From: Pseudaestuariivita rosea
Lineage (GTDB): Bacteria; Pseudomonadota; Alphaproteobacteria; Rhodobacterales; Rhodobacteraceae
Direction of reading: 5' to 3'
Assembly: GCF_017592335.1 (NCBI RefSeq)
Contig: NZ_JACNMP010000002.1
Coordinates: forward strand, 145,973-209,972
DNA: 64,000 nt
The translations under genes and the position numbers were made by a program. Positions within the stretch are counted from its first letter, which is position 1. The number at the start of each line of letters is the position of its first letter. Of the stretch, positions 10,472 to 19,880 are shown one piece after another. The notes below the pieces were generated by a model that saw only the letters and a program-made list of their open reading frames with translations, was not told the origin of the DNA and made no database searches.

Positions 10472-11588
10472 GGCTGAATGCCTCGGCGACAATCAGAGCT
10501 GCCAGGGCCGCCCCAATCATGGCACAGGCCGTCAAGCCGCCCCATTCATAAACCGGGCGAAACCCGATTGCCCCAGCAAAGACACAAAGATATGTCACTG
10601 TTGAATTCAGGCCCATGATCGCGCCGCGTTGTTTGGGGTCAAGTGCCACCAGGCGACTAACCGTCAGGTTCAGGGCAAAATGGTTCACAAGCCCCCAAAA
10701 CAGAAACGCAACCGTTAAACCGGTCAGTATATCGGCTGTCACCGCAATCAGTATCAACGCTGTTGCCGTGAATGAAAACACAATATGCGCCAGTCCCTTA
10801 TAACCTCGTCGATCGATCATTCCGTCAAAAATCGCAGCTGTCCCAAACCCGATACCATAAGCTAGAACGGGGGCTGCGGCCGATGCAGTTGAAAGTCCCA
10901 GATTTTCATCCAGATGCGTGCCCAGAAAACTGTAAGTGCCATAAAATGCCAGCATCAGACAGACCTGCACAAAAAGTGCCCTGAAAATTCCGGGCACGCG
11001 CAAACCGGTCAGGGGCGAGGTTATGATATCGGCCACCCGGCGGGGAAAGCGCGTTGGAAGCAGGATTATAGTGATAAGTCCGGCAAGCACTCCGATTGTG
11101 ATAAAGACGCTTCTCCAATGCAGTATATCGGCCAGCAGGGTGCTGAGTGTGACGCCAAACACCATCGATATTGTCCAGCCTGTCAGCACGGTGCCCATGG
11201 TCCGGCCTTCCTGTCCCTTTGGCGCGATTTCGGCCGCCAGGCTGTAGATGGCGGGTAAGGCGATACCGGCGGCCACGCCCGAAACAGTATGCGCCACAAC
11301 CAGCACTGTCAGAACCGGGGCCAGTGCTGCGATGGCCGATGCCAATGTCAACAGGATCATCGCAGCGATCAGCGATCTGTCCGCACCGAACCGATCGGCC
11401 AGCGGGGCCAGCATCAACGCCGCGCCTGCCGTCCCAAGGCCCAGTCCTGCCGACGCAACCATGATGTCCGCCGGTTCAGTGCCGGGAAAACCGGACGCCA
11501 CGGCCGCAGCAATGGGCGATACTACAAGAGAGTTCGCCCCCAGCACTCCGACAGCGGCGGTCAGGAGGATAACTTGATATGATGACAT
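10446..11588 (-). CDS. MFS transporter
   Basis: 380 aa with 12 predicted transmembrane helices. It sits divergent from an Lrp-family regulator. Confidence 0.85.
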   Translation of the reverse strand: MSSYQVILLTAAVGVLGANSLVVSPIAAAVASGFPGTEPADIMVASAGLGLGTAGAALMLAPLADRFGADRSLIAAMILLTLASAIAALAPVLTVLVVAHTVSGVAAGIALPAIYSLAAEIAPKGQEGRTMGTVLTGWTISMVFGVTLSTLLADILHWRSVFITIGVLAGLITIILLPTRFPRRVADIITSPLTGLRVPGIFRALFVQVCLMLAFYGTYSFLGTHLDENLGLSTASAAAPVLAYGIGFGTAAIFDGMIDRRGYKGLAHIVFSFTATALILIAVTADILTGLTVAFLFWGLVNHFALNLTVSRLVALDPKQRGAIMGLNSTVTYLCVFAGAIGFRPVYEWGGLTACAMIGAALAALIVAEAFSLRSVRNAA

Positions 11589-11661
11589 TTGGTTTCCATT
11601 GAATGAAATTTGGTATTTATGTTATTCAAGGAGAAATTATTCGAAGCAAGGCAGGATGCGC

Positions 11662-12192
11662 ATGGCTGTCAAAGATCAAGATATGGTTCGGAAAAAAGCC
11701 GATGACACACGGCCACTGGACCGGATCGACCGAAAAATATTAGGCGTGCTGGCGCAGGATGCGACGCTCAGCTTCGCTGATCTTGGGACGCGGGTGGGGC
11801 TTTCGGCGCCTGCGGTGCATGAGCGGGTCAAGCGGCTGAAGGCGGACGGGGTCATAAAGCGCACGGTTGCGATCCTTGACGGGGCGGCCATCAGCAAACC
11901 GTTGCTGGCTTTTGTGCATGTGGACACAACCGGTTGGGGCAAGACCAAGGCCTTGATGGCATTGACAGATTTTCCTGAAGTTGAGGAAATTCATTCAGCC
12001 ACGGGGGACACCTGTCTGATCATGAAGGTGCGGGTGACATCCTCGGTCGCGCTCGAAGGGCTGCTGGCACGACTTTACGACACAGAAGGCGTGCGCGGCA
12101 CCCGAACCTATGTCGCGCTATCCACCCACCTTGAACGATCCCCACAGGCCGAGGTTTCGGCAATACTGGAGGACGCGCCGCACATCCGGTAA
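11662..12192 (+). CDS. Lrp/AsnC family transcriptional regulator
   Basis: Helix-turn-helix RIDRKILGVLAQDATLSFADLGTRVGLSAPAVHERVKRL followed by a RAM domain. Alternative ATG at 11656. Confidence 0.85.
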   Translation: MAVKDQDMVRKKADDTRPLDRIDRKILGVLAQDATLSFADLGTRVGLSAPAVHERVKRLKADGVIKRTVAILDGAAISKPLLAFVHVDTTGWGKTKALMALTDFPEVEEIHSATGDTCLIMKVRVTSSVALEGLLARLYDTEGVRGTRTYVALSTHLERSPQAEVSAILEDAPHIR

Positions 12193-12239
12193 TATGCGAA
12201 AAATCCGTTGTTTGCCTTCGCCGCGCATGGGAAAGCTGG

Positions 12240-13358
12240 TCAGGCAACCGCGCGAAGTCGCATCTTGGCAGGTATCAGAATGCGGCGGACCACACCTGCA
12301 GGCAGACAGGGAAGGGCGGGTGGACCATTCATGTAATCCGGATTGGCAGATGGCGGCAACGCAGCGGCCAAGAGTCGACGATCGGACAAGGTGAGGCTGC
12401 GCTGAGCCATTGGCCCAAGCAGCAAAGATTCCGACCAACAGCCGTTTGCGCGAATGACTTCGTGCTTTTCACATACAAAGTGAACCCAGTTTATTTCTTT
12501 TCGGCCCATCATGTGACGGATACCTGGAAGCGACGTCAGCGCCTTTGCCGGGACAAAAACCTCGCGGTTGAAAACTGTATGAAGCTGTTGCTCTCCACCG
12601 ACCAATATTCTGTGCTGCGGTGAAACAATCAGATCGCGGCTAGGTCGGTTTGGCCCAAGTGATCCTTTCTGGACAAGCACGGGCCGTGACTCCTGCTGGA
12701 TCCCGTCCAGTGCCTGCGCGCCGTTACGGCACCATAGCACCGATTGCACCCCATGATCTCGTGTCAGAACCAGATCGCCCGGCTGGATTGTTTCGACCGG
12801 CCGCGGGCCTTTGGTTGTGGCGATCAGGGTTCCAGGCGCATAGCAGGGGGGCATGTTGGCCTGGTTTGCATTGAATTGCGCATCTGCGGCCTCACCTGCA
12901 TCATTGGTGTCCCCGTCGTTGTTCAAGTCCGTGGAAGTCGTTCGATCTATGGTGGTCGTTTGGCCGCTTGAAAACGTACTGTCTGTAGAGAAGACCATTT
13001 TCTCTGTCGGCAGACCGGCGAACGGACCGCTTGCAGGCGCGCCGACGCTGTCGTTGGTGATGAAGAAAGTATCCCCGGCTTCGGGTATCTCGCTACCGCC
13101 GGTTTCCTTGATTTTCGATCCTGTATCTACGTCGAATTCGTAACGCGTCCCGTCCCGCTCGACAGTGACGCTGGTGAATTGGACCTCATTCGGGTCAAAC
13201 GATCCATCGGGCAGGATATATTTGTCCGGCACATTGATCTCGACAATGTCGGTCGATAGGAAGGGGGCATTGACACCTGTGAATTCCGTCGCAGTGCCTT
13301 TGTCGTTGATACCGCCGAAAAAAGCGACCTGATCGCCAGTGAAGTAAAGAACCGCCAT
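12240..13358 (-). CDS. Hint (Hedgehog/intein-like) domain protein
   Basis: 372 aa. The C-terminal half begins with CYAPGTLIATTKGPRPVETIQPGDLVLTRDHG, the type of Hint_2 domain found in Rhodobacterales. The N-terminus is Gly/Asp/Thr-rich with no signal peptide. Confidence 0.7.
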   Translation of the reverse strand: MAVLYFTGDQVAFFGGINDKGTATEFTGVNAPFLSTDIVEINVPDKYILPDGSFDPNEVQFTSVTVERDGTRYEFDVDTGSKIKETGGSEIPEAGDTFFITNDSVGAPASGPFAGLPTEKMVFSTDSTFSSGQTTTIDRTTSTDLNNDGDTNDAGEAADAQFNANQANMPPCYAPGTLIATTKGPRPVETIQPGDLVLTRDHGVQSVLWCRNGAQALDGIQQESRPVLVQKGSLGPNRPSRDLIVSPQHRILVGGEQQLHTVFNREVFVPAKALTSLPGIRHMMGRKEINWVHFVCEKHEVIRANGCWSESLLLGPMAQRSLTLSDRRLLAAALPPSANPDYMNGPPALPCLPAGVVRRILIPAKMRLRAVA

Positions 13359-13617
13359 CGGAAACCCCGTAACCTGAAGCCCCGATAGTAGGGTTGGTTC
13401 GCTAAGATTGCGTTACCAGCCATCGCCAAAGTTTCAGGTGATCCGTGATCAAGGATGCTTGGATGTGCTTGATATTCATGCAGGCCACAAACCGGCATAA
13501 CCAAAGCGGTCTTAGGTAAAGGCGGCTGTGTCCCTTATGAATATAGTAAGTATTGGCTATAAAGCTTTGCGTAGTCGCACATCTATCCTGACCGGCATCG
13601 ACATGATTAACCAGCAA

Positions 13618-13646
13618 GAGGTCCCGGACCGGGTCCGGGACTTCGC
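13618..13646. repeat. GC-rich hairpin element GAGGTCCCGGAC-CGG-GTCCGGGACTTCGC (copy 1)
   Basis: 9-bp perfect stem, 11 nt after the prx stop (minus strand). It is near-identical to the element at 27043-27071. Confidence 0.7.
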
Positions 13647-13656
13647 TTAAGGGCGG

Positions 13657-14145
13657 TTAGACCGCTTCCAGAAGGGCCTCACCGGCTGAGACTTCGCATT
13701 CGCCGGGATTGGATTCTGCGTTCAGGACTTGCACCACGCCATCGTCGACGATCATGGCATAGCGTTTGGACCGGGCGATCAGGCCCACAGGCGGGGCGTC
13801 GAAATCCATGCCGATGGCTTTGGTAAAGGCGCTGTCGGCGTCGCCCAGCATCGTGATGCCCTCGGCCGCGGCGCCCGTTGCTTCGCCCCAGGCTTTCATC
13901 ACGAAGGGATCGTTGACGGAAATGCAGATGATCTCATCCACGCCTTTGGCCATGAACTGATCCTTGGTGCGCATGAAGCTGGGCACATGGGCCGAATGGC
14001 AGGTGGGGGTAAAGGCACCGGGGACAGCGAAAATGACGACCTTGCGGCCCTTGGTCAGGTCGCTGATCTGCACCGTTTCGGGGCCGTCTGCACCGATGCG
14101 GGTCAGGGTTGCGTCGGGCAGTGTGTCGCCTTTGGAAAGTGCCAT
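13657..14145 (-). CDS. peroxiredoxin (Prx5 / type II)
   Basis: PGAFTPTCHSAHVP peroxidatic-cysteine motif. 162 aa. AGAGGG Shine-Dalgarno. Confidence 0.9.
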   Translation of the reverse strand: MALSKGDTLPDATLTRIGADGPETVQISDLTKGRKVVIFAVPGAFTPTCHSAHVPSFMRTKDQFMAKGVDEIICISVNDPFVMKAWGEATGAAAEGITMLGDADSAFTKAIGMDFDAPPVGLIARSKRYAMIVDDGVVQVLNAESNPGECEVSAGEALLEAV

Positions 14146-14229
14146 GGTTTATCCCTCTTCTACGTTGAACATTCCGTTGTCCTGCATATAGGGTCGGCGC
14201 AGGCAGGCGACCAGTTAAGGAATTGGAAA

Positions 14230-15435
14230 ATGACCCATTTTGTTGTGATCGGTGCGGGGCAGGCGGGGGCGTCGCTGGTGGCCAAGCTGCGGGCCGAGGG
14301 GTTTGAGGGCGATATCACCCTGATCGGGGAAGAGCCGGTGCCGCCCTATCAGCGCCCACCTTTGTCGAAGGGGTATCTGTTGGGTGAGATGGCGGAGGAG
14401 CGTCTGTATCTGCGGCCCGCCGAGTTTTATGGTGATCAGCGGATTACGCTGCGGTTGGGGCACCCTGTGACGGCGGTGGATGCGGTGGCGCAGACGGTGA
14501 CGGTTGGGGGCGATGTGCTGGGGTATGATCAGCTGGCGTTCACCACGGGGTCGCGGCCGCGGCGGTTGCCGGACAGTATGGGTGGCGCGCTGGATGGGGT
14601 GCATGTGGTGCGTACGCTGGCCGATGTGGACCAAATGGCGGATGCGTTTCGTGCCGGTGCGCGGGTGCTGGTTGTGGGTGGCGGCTATATCGGGCTAGAG
14701 GCCGCAGCGGTTGCGTCGAAAACCGGTATGCAGGTCACGCTGATCGAGATGGCGCCGCGCATCCTGCAGCGTGTCGCCTCGCCGCAGACATCGGATCATT
14801 TCCGCGCGCTGCATCAGGCCCACGGGGTTCGGATTATGGAAGGCACCGTGTTGCAGCGGCTGGTTGGGGATCATGCGGTCACGGCGGCTGTTCTAGGCGA
14901 TGGGACCGAACTGTCGGTTGATCTGGTGATCGTCGGGATCGGGATCGAGCCTTGCACGGGCCTGGCGCAGCAGGCCGGTGTCGTGTGCGAAAACGGGATC
15001 AGGGTTGATGCCTTTGGCCGCACCTCTGACCCGCAGATCTGGGCTGCCGGGGATTGCGCCAGTTTTCCTTATCGCGGCCAGAGGATCAGGTTGGAAAGCG
15101 TCCAGAACGCGATTGATCAGGCCGAGATCGTGGCGCGTAACATGCTGGGGGCGGATGTCGCCTATGACCCGCACCCGTGGTTCTGGTCGGATCAATACGA
15201 CGCAAAGCTGCAGATTGCGGGGCTGAACACGGGCTATGACCGCGTGGTGACACGGGGGCAGGGCGATGCGGTAAGCTTCTGGTATTACGCGGGCGATCAG
15301 CTGTTGTCGGTTGATGCGGTGAATGACCCGCGGGCCTATATGGTCGGCAAGCGGCTGATCGAGGGCGGAAAATCCCCCGATGCAGACGCGATTGCGGCCC
15401 CCGACATTGACCTGAAAGCCCTGCTGCGGGCATGA
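14230..15435 (+). CDS. FAD-dependent pyridine nucleotide-disulfide oxidoreductase (ferredoxin/rubredoxin reductase-like)
   Basis: Two Rossmann GxGxxG motifs (VIGAGQAGAS and VVGGGYIGLEAA). The true start is the ATG at 14230; the track ORF from 13729 is an antisense read-through of the prx gene. Confidence 0.85.
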   Translation: MTHFVVIGAGQAGASLVAKLRAEGFEGDITLIGEEPVPPYQRPPLSKGYLLGEMAEERLYLRPAEFYGDQRITLRLGHPVTAVDAVAQTVTVGGDVLGYDQLAFTTGSRPRRLPDSMGGALDGVHVVRTLADVDQMADAFRAGARVLVVGGGYIGLEAAAVASKTGMQVTLIEMAPRILQRVASPQTSDHFRALHQAHGVRIMEGTVLQRLVGDHAVTAAVLGDGTELSVDLVIVGIGIEPCTGLAQQAGVVCENGIRVDAFGRTSDPQIWAAGDCASFPYRGQRIRLESVQNAIDQAEIVARNMLGADVAYDPHPWFWSDQYDAKLQIAGLNTGYDRVVTRGQGDAVSFWYYAGDQLLSVDAVNDPRAYMVGKRLIEGGKSPDADAIAAPDIDLKALLRA

Positions 15436-16022
15436 GGATCATCGCCGGGAAACACCGCGGTCTGGCGCTCGCTTCGGTCGGCAAGGGCGATGCGGCGGCC
15501 CATTTGCGCCCGACCTCGGACCGGGTGCGCGAAAGCCTGTTCAACGTGCTGATGGGCGGGGCCTATGGCGACCCCGTGACAGACGCGCGGGTGCTGGACC
15601 TGTTCGCGGGCACGGGCGCTTTGGGCCTAGAGGCCCTGTCGCGCGGGGCGGCTCATGTCACCTTTGTCGACGACGGGGTCAAGGCGCGCGGGCTGATCCG
15701 GCAGAACATCGACCTGTGCCGGGCCCAGGGCGCCACCCGCGTTTTTCGCCGCGATGCGACACGGTTGGGTGAGGTCGGTGGTGCACCTTTCGACCTGACC
15801 TTCCTCGACCCGCCCTATGGGAAATCACTGGGGCACAAGGCCCTGTCCGCCGCGACCCAGGGCGGCTGGCTGGCCAACGGCGCGCTGGTGGTGTGGGAAG
15901 AAAACAGCCCCCAATCCGCACCCGAGGGCTTTGAGCCATGCGACCAGCGCCGCTATGGCGATACGCATGTGACGATTTTGCGGTATACAGGCATAAGCCG
16001 GGCTGACACCCGGCCTACATAA
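15432..16022 (+). CDS. rsmD: 16S rRNA (guanine966-N2)-methyltransferase
   Basis: LDLFAGTGALGLEAL SAM-binding motif and DPPY motif. The ATG at 15432 overlaps the upstream stop (ATGA). Confidence 0.85.
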   Translation: MRIIAGKHRGLALASVGKGDAAAHLRPTSDRVRESLFNVLMGGAYGDPVTDARVLDLFAGTGALGLEALSRGAAHVTFVDDGVKARGLIRQNIDLCRAQGATRVFRRDATRLGEVGGAPFDLTFLDPPYGKSLGHKALSAATQGGWLANGALVVWEENSPQSAPEGFEPCDQRRYGDTHVTILRYTGISRADTRPT

Positions 16023-16026
16023 GCAG

Positions 16027-17067
16027 TCAGTTTGCTGTTCCACGCGTCACCTGAACCGCGGCGCGGGCATCGGCGATCAGGGCGGCGCCGTCAAGGCCCT
16101 TTCGGGTCACCTCTTGGATCCAGTCGGCGATCACGGCCTCGCCCAGGTCTTGAATTTTCGCGGTTTCTTCGGCGCTGATTTCGGCGATGTCATTCCCGGC
16201 GGCGGCCATGGTATCGCGACCCTCAACATCGCCCGTGTCATGGGCGCGCCCCGCCCAGGCAGACGCTGCAAAGCCCGAGTTCGCATCGATCACCGCCTTT
16301 AGATCATCGGGCAGGCTGTCATACTTGGCTTTGTTCATCGCCCAGACAAAGTACAGATTATACAGTGACTTATCGCCCGCCACATCGGTGTGACTGTCGG
16401 TCAGCTCGTCCAGTTTCAGCGATGGCGACATTTCCCAGGTGATGACACCGCCGTCCAGAATACCCTTGCTTAGCGCTTCGGGAAAGGCGGGCACGGCCAT
16501 GCCGATGGGGTTCGCCCCCAGTTTGCGCAGCAAAAGCGTGGCGGGACGGGACGGACCGCGCAGCTGCAATCCGTCAAAATCGTCAATCGTTTCAATTACG
16601 TCGCCTTTCTTATGCAGGATACCGGGTCCGTGCATGTGGGCGGCGATCACGTGGATATCGCGGAAATCATCCATCAGGTGCTTCTGCGTGAAAATCCACG
16701 CGGCTTTTGAGGCCTCTTCGGCGGATTTCGTCACCATGAACGGCATTTCCAGCGCTTCGGCTTCGGGGAAACGGCCGGGCTGATAGCCCGGAATGATCCA
16801 CCCGCCGTCGACCACACCATCGCGGATCAGGTCATATTGCGAAGGGGCTTTGCCGCCCAGTTGCATGAACGGATAGAGTTCGACCTTGATGCGGCCGCCG
16901 CTGTCACGTTCGATCTTTTCGGCCCAGGGCTGCATGAAATACTTCGGATTGGCCGAATTGGGGGACACAAAATGTTGGAAGCGCAGGGTGATGTCCTGCG
17001 CATATGTTGTGGTTGCAAGAATGCCGAGACCGGCGGCGAGGGCTGCGGACTTCAAGAGTTGTTTCAT
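16027..17067 (-). CDS. TRAP transporter substrate-binding protein (DctP family)
   Basis: Signal peptide MKQLLKSAALAAGLGILATTTYAQ with DctP-family conservation. ATG at 17067 with a GGAGG Shine-Dalgarno. No dctQM genes are adjacent. Confidence 0.85.
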   Translation of the reverse strand: MKQLLKSAALAAGLGILATTTYAQDITLRFQHFVSPNSANPKYFMQPWAEKIERDSGGRIKVELYPFMQLGGKAPSQYDLIRDGVVDGGWIIPGYQPGRFPEAEALEMPFMVTKSAEEASKAAWIFTQKHLMDDFRDIHVIAAHMHGPGILHKKGDVIETIDDFDGLQLRGPSRPATLLLRKLGANPIGMAVPAFPEALSKGILDGGVITWEMSPSLKLDELTDSHTDVAGDKSLYNLYFVWAMNKAKYDSLPDDLKAVIDANSGFAASAWAGRAHDTGDVEGRDTMAAAGNDIAEISAEETAKIQDLGEAVIADWIQEVTRKGLDGAALIADARAAVQVTRGTAN

Positions 17068-17626
17068 CACACCAGCCTCCTTCTGATAGTTACACAAAAG
17101 CCGCATTGCGACAGACATTATCTAGGGTTTCACACCGCCAGTTGCAAATCATTCGCAAGTTCGCGACGCAATGGAATCCCCGAATTGATGCACTCATATT
17201 CTGTTTTCAGGGGGCCGCAAGTCACTTTATTGCTGCGTTTTTTTGAGTATTTAAACCAAGAAGAAGGTGGGAGTGCTCTTAGTGACTTCTTCTTGGCAAA
17301 AATACTCAAATCCCACCGTACGCAGCTATAAGCGGGCGTTAGCATCTGACGCGTAGAACCCCATACCACGATATCGTAGAGAAATGGTTTTCCAGAACTT
17401 GTGTTTTGGCTTCACGACCCAAGACATAAGCCGCCTGAAAAATCATGCATGAGACATAAGGTGGGGGCGTTGCGACCCCTTTCTGGCAAGACCAACCTTC
17501 AAGACGGTGGCGCCACCTTTCTTAAACAATTCAGCCCAATACTCTGCCACCCAAAGGTGATGCGGGGCAAAGGGCGTTTACGCACCACGGGGCGCGGTCC
17601 CGAACCTGACCCGGGACCTCAAACTG

Positions 17627-18202
17627 TCAGCTGTTGTCAAAAACCAGCGTAAAGCTGACAGGCACCGTGATCTGGATCGACTCCAGCCCCGCAATGTCCT
17701 GCAGCGTGGCAAGCCCGTCCATATACCCCAGCTCATCGGCGTAAACGATCACCGGCTGGCGCGAGGCGACGACGACGCGGTCTTCGCCCACGCGGGTCAC
17801 AGCGGCCAGCACATCATATGTGGCCTCTTGCCCATTGGCCTGAAGTGTCACGGGAAACTCGACATCCTTGGTCTGGCCCGCCGCCATATCCGTGAAATTC
17901 GCCATATCCAACTGCGCCAGCAGCTTAGCGACCGGATGGGTTTCGGTTTTGAACAGATGTTCCTGCATCCGTTCGTTGCGGATATCGATATAGGTTTCGA
18001 CACTGGACAAAGCGATGTCGATTTCAGCCGCGCCGTCGTCGCTGACCGTGCCGGTCAGGCCTGGCAGCAGGTTTGGTTCGGCGGTATCGGCGTTTTTGAT
18101 GCTGACATAGCTGATTGCGGACGCATCGCTGTCCAATGTCCAGCCAAAAGCAACAGTCGTGCTGACGGCGAATGCGAATGCGGATGTGATGATCGATTTC
18201 AT
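17627..18202 (-). CDS. YceI-like periplasmic protein
   Basis: 191 aa with a signal peptide. The NERMQEHLFKTETHPVA segment matches the YceI ERDxHL...F...YP pattern. ATG at 18202 with GGGAGGGG upstream. Confidence 0.55.
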   Translation of the reverse strand: MKSIITSAFAFAVSTTVAFGWTLDSDASAISYVSIKNADTAEPNLLPGLTGTVSDDGAAEIDIALSSVETYIDIRNERMQEHLFKTETHPVAKLLAQLDMANFTDMAAGQTKDVEFPVTLQANGQEATYDVLAAVTRVGEDRVVVASRQPVIVYADELGYMDGLATLQDIAGLESIQITVPVSFTLVFDNS

Positions 18203-18251
18203 AGGACCCCTCCCAATGTGGTGACGCTCAAAGCCTAACAGCTTTCGGCGG

Positions 18252-18938
18252 TTAGGCCAGCAGTTCTTCAACCCAGGCGGGCACAATTTCGCTGGCCGGA
18301 CCGTGACGTGCAGTGTCAAAAAGCGTCGCCCCTTCCGAGGGTTCCAGGTTCAGCTCCAGTGTCGCAGCCCCGGCCAGCCTGGCCTCTTGCACAAAACCGG
18401 CGGCCGGATAGACATTGCCGGATGTGCCGATGGACACGAACAGATCAGCCTGCATCAGATGTTCACCGATCTGGTCCATGTGATAGGGGATTTCGCCAAA
18501 CCAGACGACGTCGGGCCGCGTCGCGGGCGTCACGCATTTCGGGCAAAGATCACGTGGCCCCATGGTCAAGGGCGCGGTCCAGCGATGCCCACAGGCGGCG
18601 CAAAGGGCGCCCATCAAAGCGCCGTGCATATGGATCACCTCGGCGCCCGCCCGTTCGTGCAGATCATCGACATTCTGGGTCACGATCACAACGTCGCCTT
18701 TATGATCCCGCTGCAACCGCGCCAGCGCCGCATGGGCGGCATTGGGCAAGGCCTCGGCCGCCTGCGCGCGGCGTTTGTTATAAAAGTCGTGCACCAGATC
18801 AGGATTGCGCGTGAAGCCCTCGGGCGTGGCCACATCCTCAATCCGGTGCTGCGCCCAAAGCCCGCCTTCGTCCCGAAACGTGCCCAGCCCGCTTTCCGCC
18901 GAAATCCCCGCGCCGGTAAGAATGACGATCTTGTCCAT
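18252..18938 (-). CDS. cobB: NAD-dependent protein deacylase (sirtuin)
   Basis: ILTGAGISAESGLGTFRD, VDDLHERAG and a zinc-binding Cys4 (CAACGHRW...CPKC). ATG at 18938. Confidence 0.9.
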   Translation of the reverse strand: MDKIVILTGAGISAESGLGTFRDEGGLWAQHRIEDVATPEGFTRNPDLVHDFYNKRRAQAAEALPNAAHAALARLQRDHKGDVVIVTQNVDDLHERAGAEVIHMHGALMGALCAACGHRWTAPLTMGPRDLCPKCVTPATRPDVVWFGEIPYHMDQIGEHLMQADLFVSIGTSGNVYPAAGFVQEARLAGAATLELNLEPSEGATLFDTARHGPASEIVPAWVEELLA

Positions 18939-18983
18939 ATCTTCAACTTGGCAAGGCTGGCAGAAAATGTCACTGATAAATCC

Positions 18984-19448
18984 ATGAAAACGCGCATTCT
19001 TTTTGTCTGTCTGGGAAACATCTGCCGGTCGCCCACGGCCGAGGGTGTGTTTCGCCAGATCAGCGGCGGCGCGTATCAGGTCGACAGTGCGGGCACATCG
19101 GGCTGGCATATCGGCGATCCACCCTATGGGCCGATGCAGGACGCGGCGCGGGTGCGGGGGTATGATCTGAGCAACCTGCGCGCACGACAGTTCGTGGCTG
19201 ATGACTTTGAGCGTTTTGATCTGATCCTTGGCATGGACGATCAGAACATGCGGGACATCGAGCGGTTAAATTCCGGTGGCCGCGCCAAGGCGCAAAAGCT
19301 GACCACCTTCGGGACACTTGGGGCCGATCATGTCCCCGACCCCTATTACACACGCGATTTCGATCAGGCGCTGGATATCATCGAAAACGCCGCGCGCGGA
19401 TTATTGACGCATTTGAAAGCCGAGGCAGATCAGCTGAAGCTGCAGTAA
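18984..19448 (+). CDS. low-molecular-weight protein tyrosine phosphatase
   Basis: ILFVCLGNICRSPTAEGVF P-loop (CX5R). 154 aa. The track ORF from 18303 is an antisense artefact of cobB. Confidence 0.85.
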   Translation: MKTRILFVCLGNICRSPTAEGVFRQISGGAYQVDSAGTSGWHIGDPPYGPMQDAARVRGYDLSNLRARQFVADDFERFDLILGMDDQNMRDIERLNSGGRAKAQKLTTFGTLGADHVPDPYYTRDFDQALDIIENAARGLLTHLKAEADQLKLQ

Positions 19449-19747
19449 GCCTCGGCCGTTTGCCCAAAGTTCTTGTATTTTTGCCAGAATGTTTCGTGGC
19501 TGGCACTATCCGACTGGCGGATTTCCTGCGCCATGTGGGGATCGGCGAAAAACTTGGACGCCAGGCGCTGATCACTGCGGTTCAGCGTGGCATTAGCGGC
19601 CTCTTGAATGCAGCGGCACAGTTGGCGATTGGCCGCCTGGCGGTCGGATTTCAGGCAGGCGCGTTTGATCACGTCGGCCTGAACGGGGGGCGCCGAAATG
19701 GGCGCAGCAACGGCCACGAAAAGGGCCATGAGAATAGCTTTTTTCAT
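19430..19747 (-). CDS. hypothetical small secreted protein (4 Cys)
   Basis: 105 aa. Signal peptide MKKAILMALFVAVAAPISAPPVQA. Overlaps the PTP 3' end by 19 nt convergently. Confidence 0.45.
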   Translation of the reverse strand: MKKAILMALFVAVAAPISAPPVQADVIKRACLKSDRQAANRQLCRCIQEAANATLNRSDQRLASKFFADPHMAQEIRQSDSASHETFWQKYKNFGQTAEAYCSFS

Positions 19748-19880
19748 TTGTCTGCCTCGATCCTTTGTGAAGCCCGTGTTCTACGGTGTCACTCACTAAG
19801 GTTAACCATACATGACTCTGTGGCAGATTTTTGGCGGAAGGGCAATTTCCTTTGATGAATTTGCCCGGTTTTTGGGTATC

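Noticed and set aside
12240-13358. Hint-domain gene as a polymorphic toxin cassette
   Set aside because: The Hint module is C-terminal with nothing after it. No downstream immunity-like small ORF is present; the next gene is a convergent Lrp regulator.
13729-14229. N-terminal 167-aa extension of the oxidoreductase ORF overlapping prx on the opposite strand
   Set aside because: The FAD-binding motif starts right after the ATG at 14230. The extension is an antisense read-through of the peroxiredoxin gene in GC-rich DNA.
18303-19448. 381-aa plus-strand ORF spanning the cobB locus
   Set aside because: It is Arg/Pro/Gly-rich with no motifs and lies antisense to a well-supported sirtuin. Only its last 154 aa (from the ATG at 18984) form a real gene, the low-molecular-weight protein tyrosine phosphatase.
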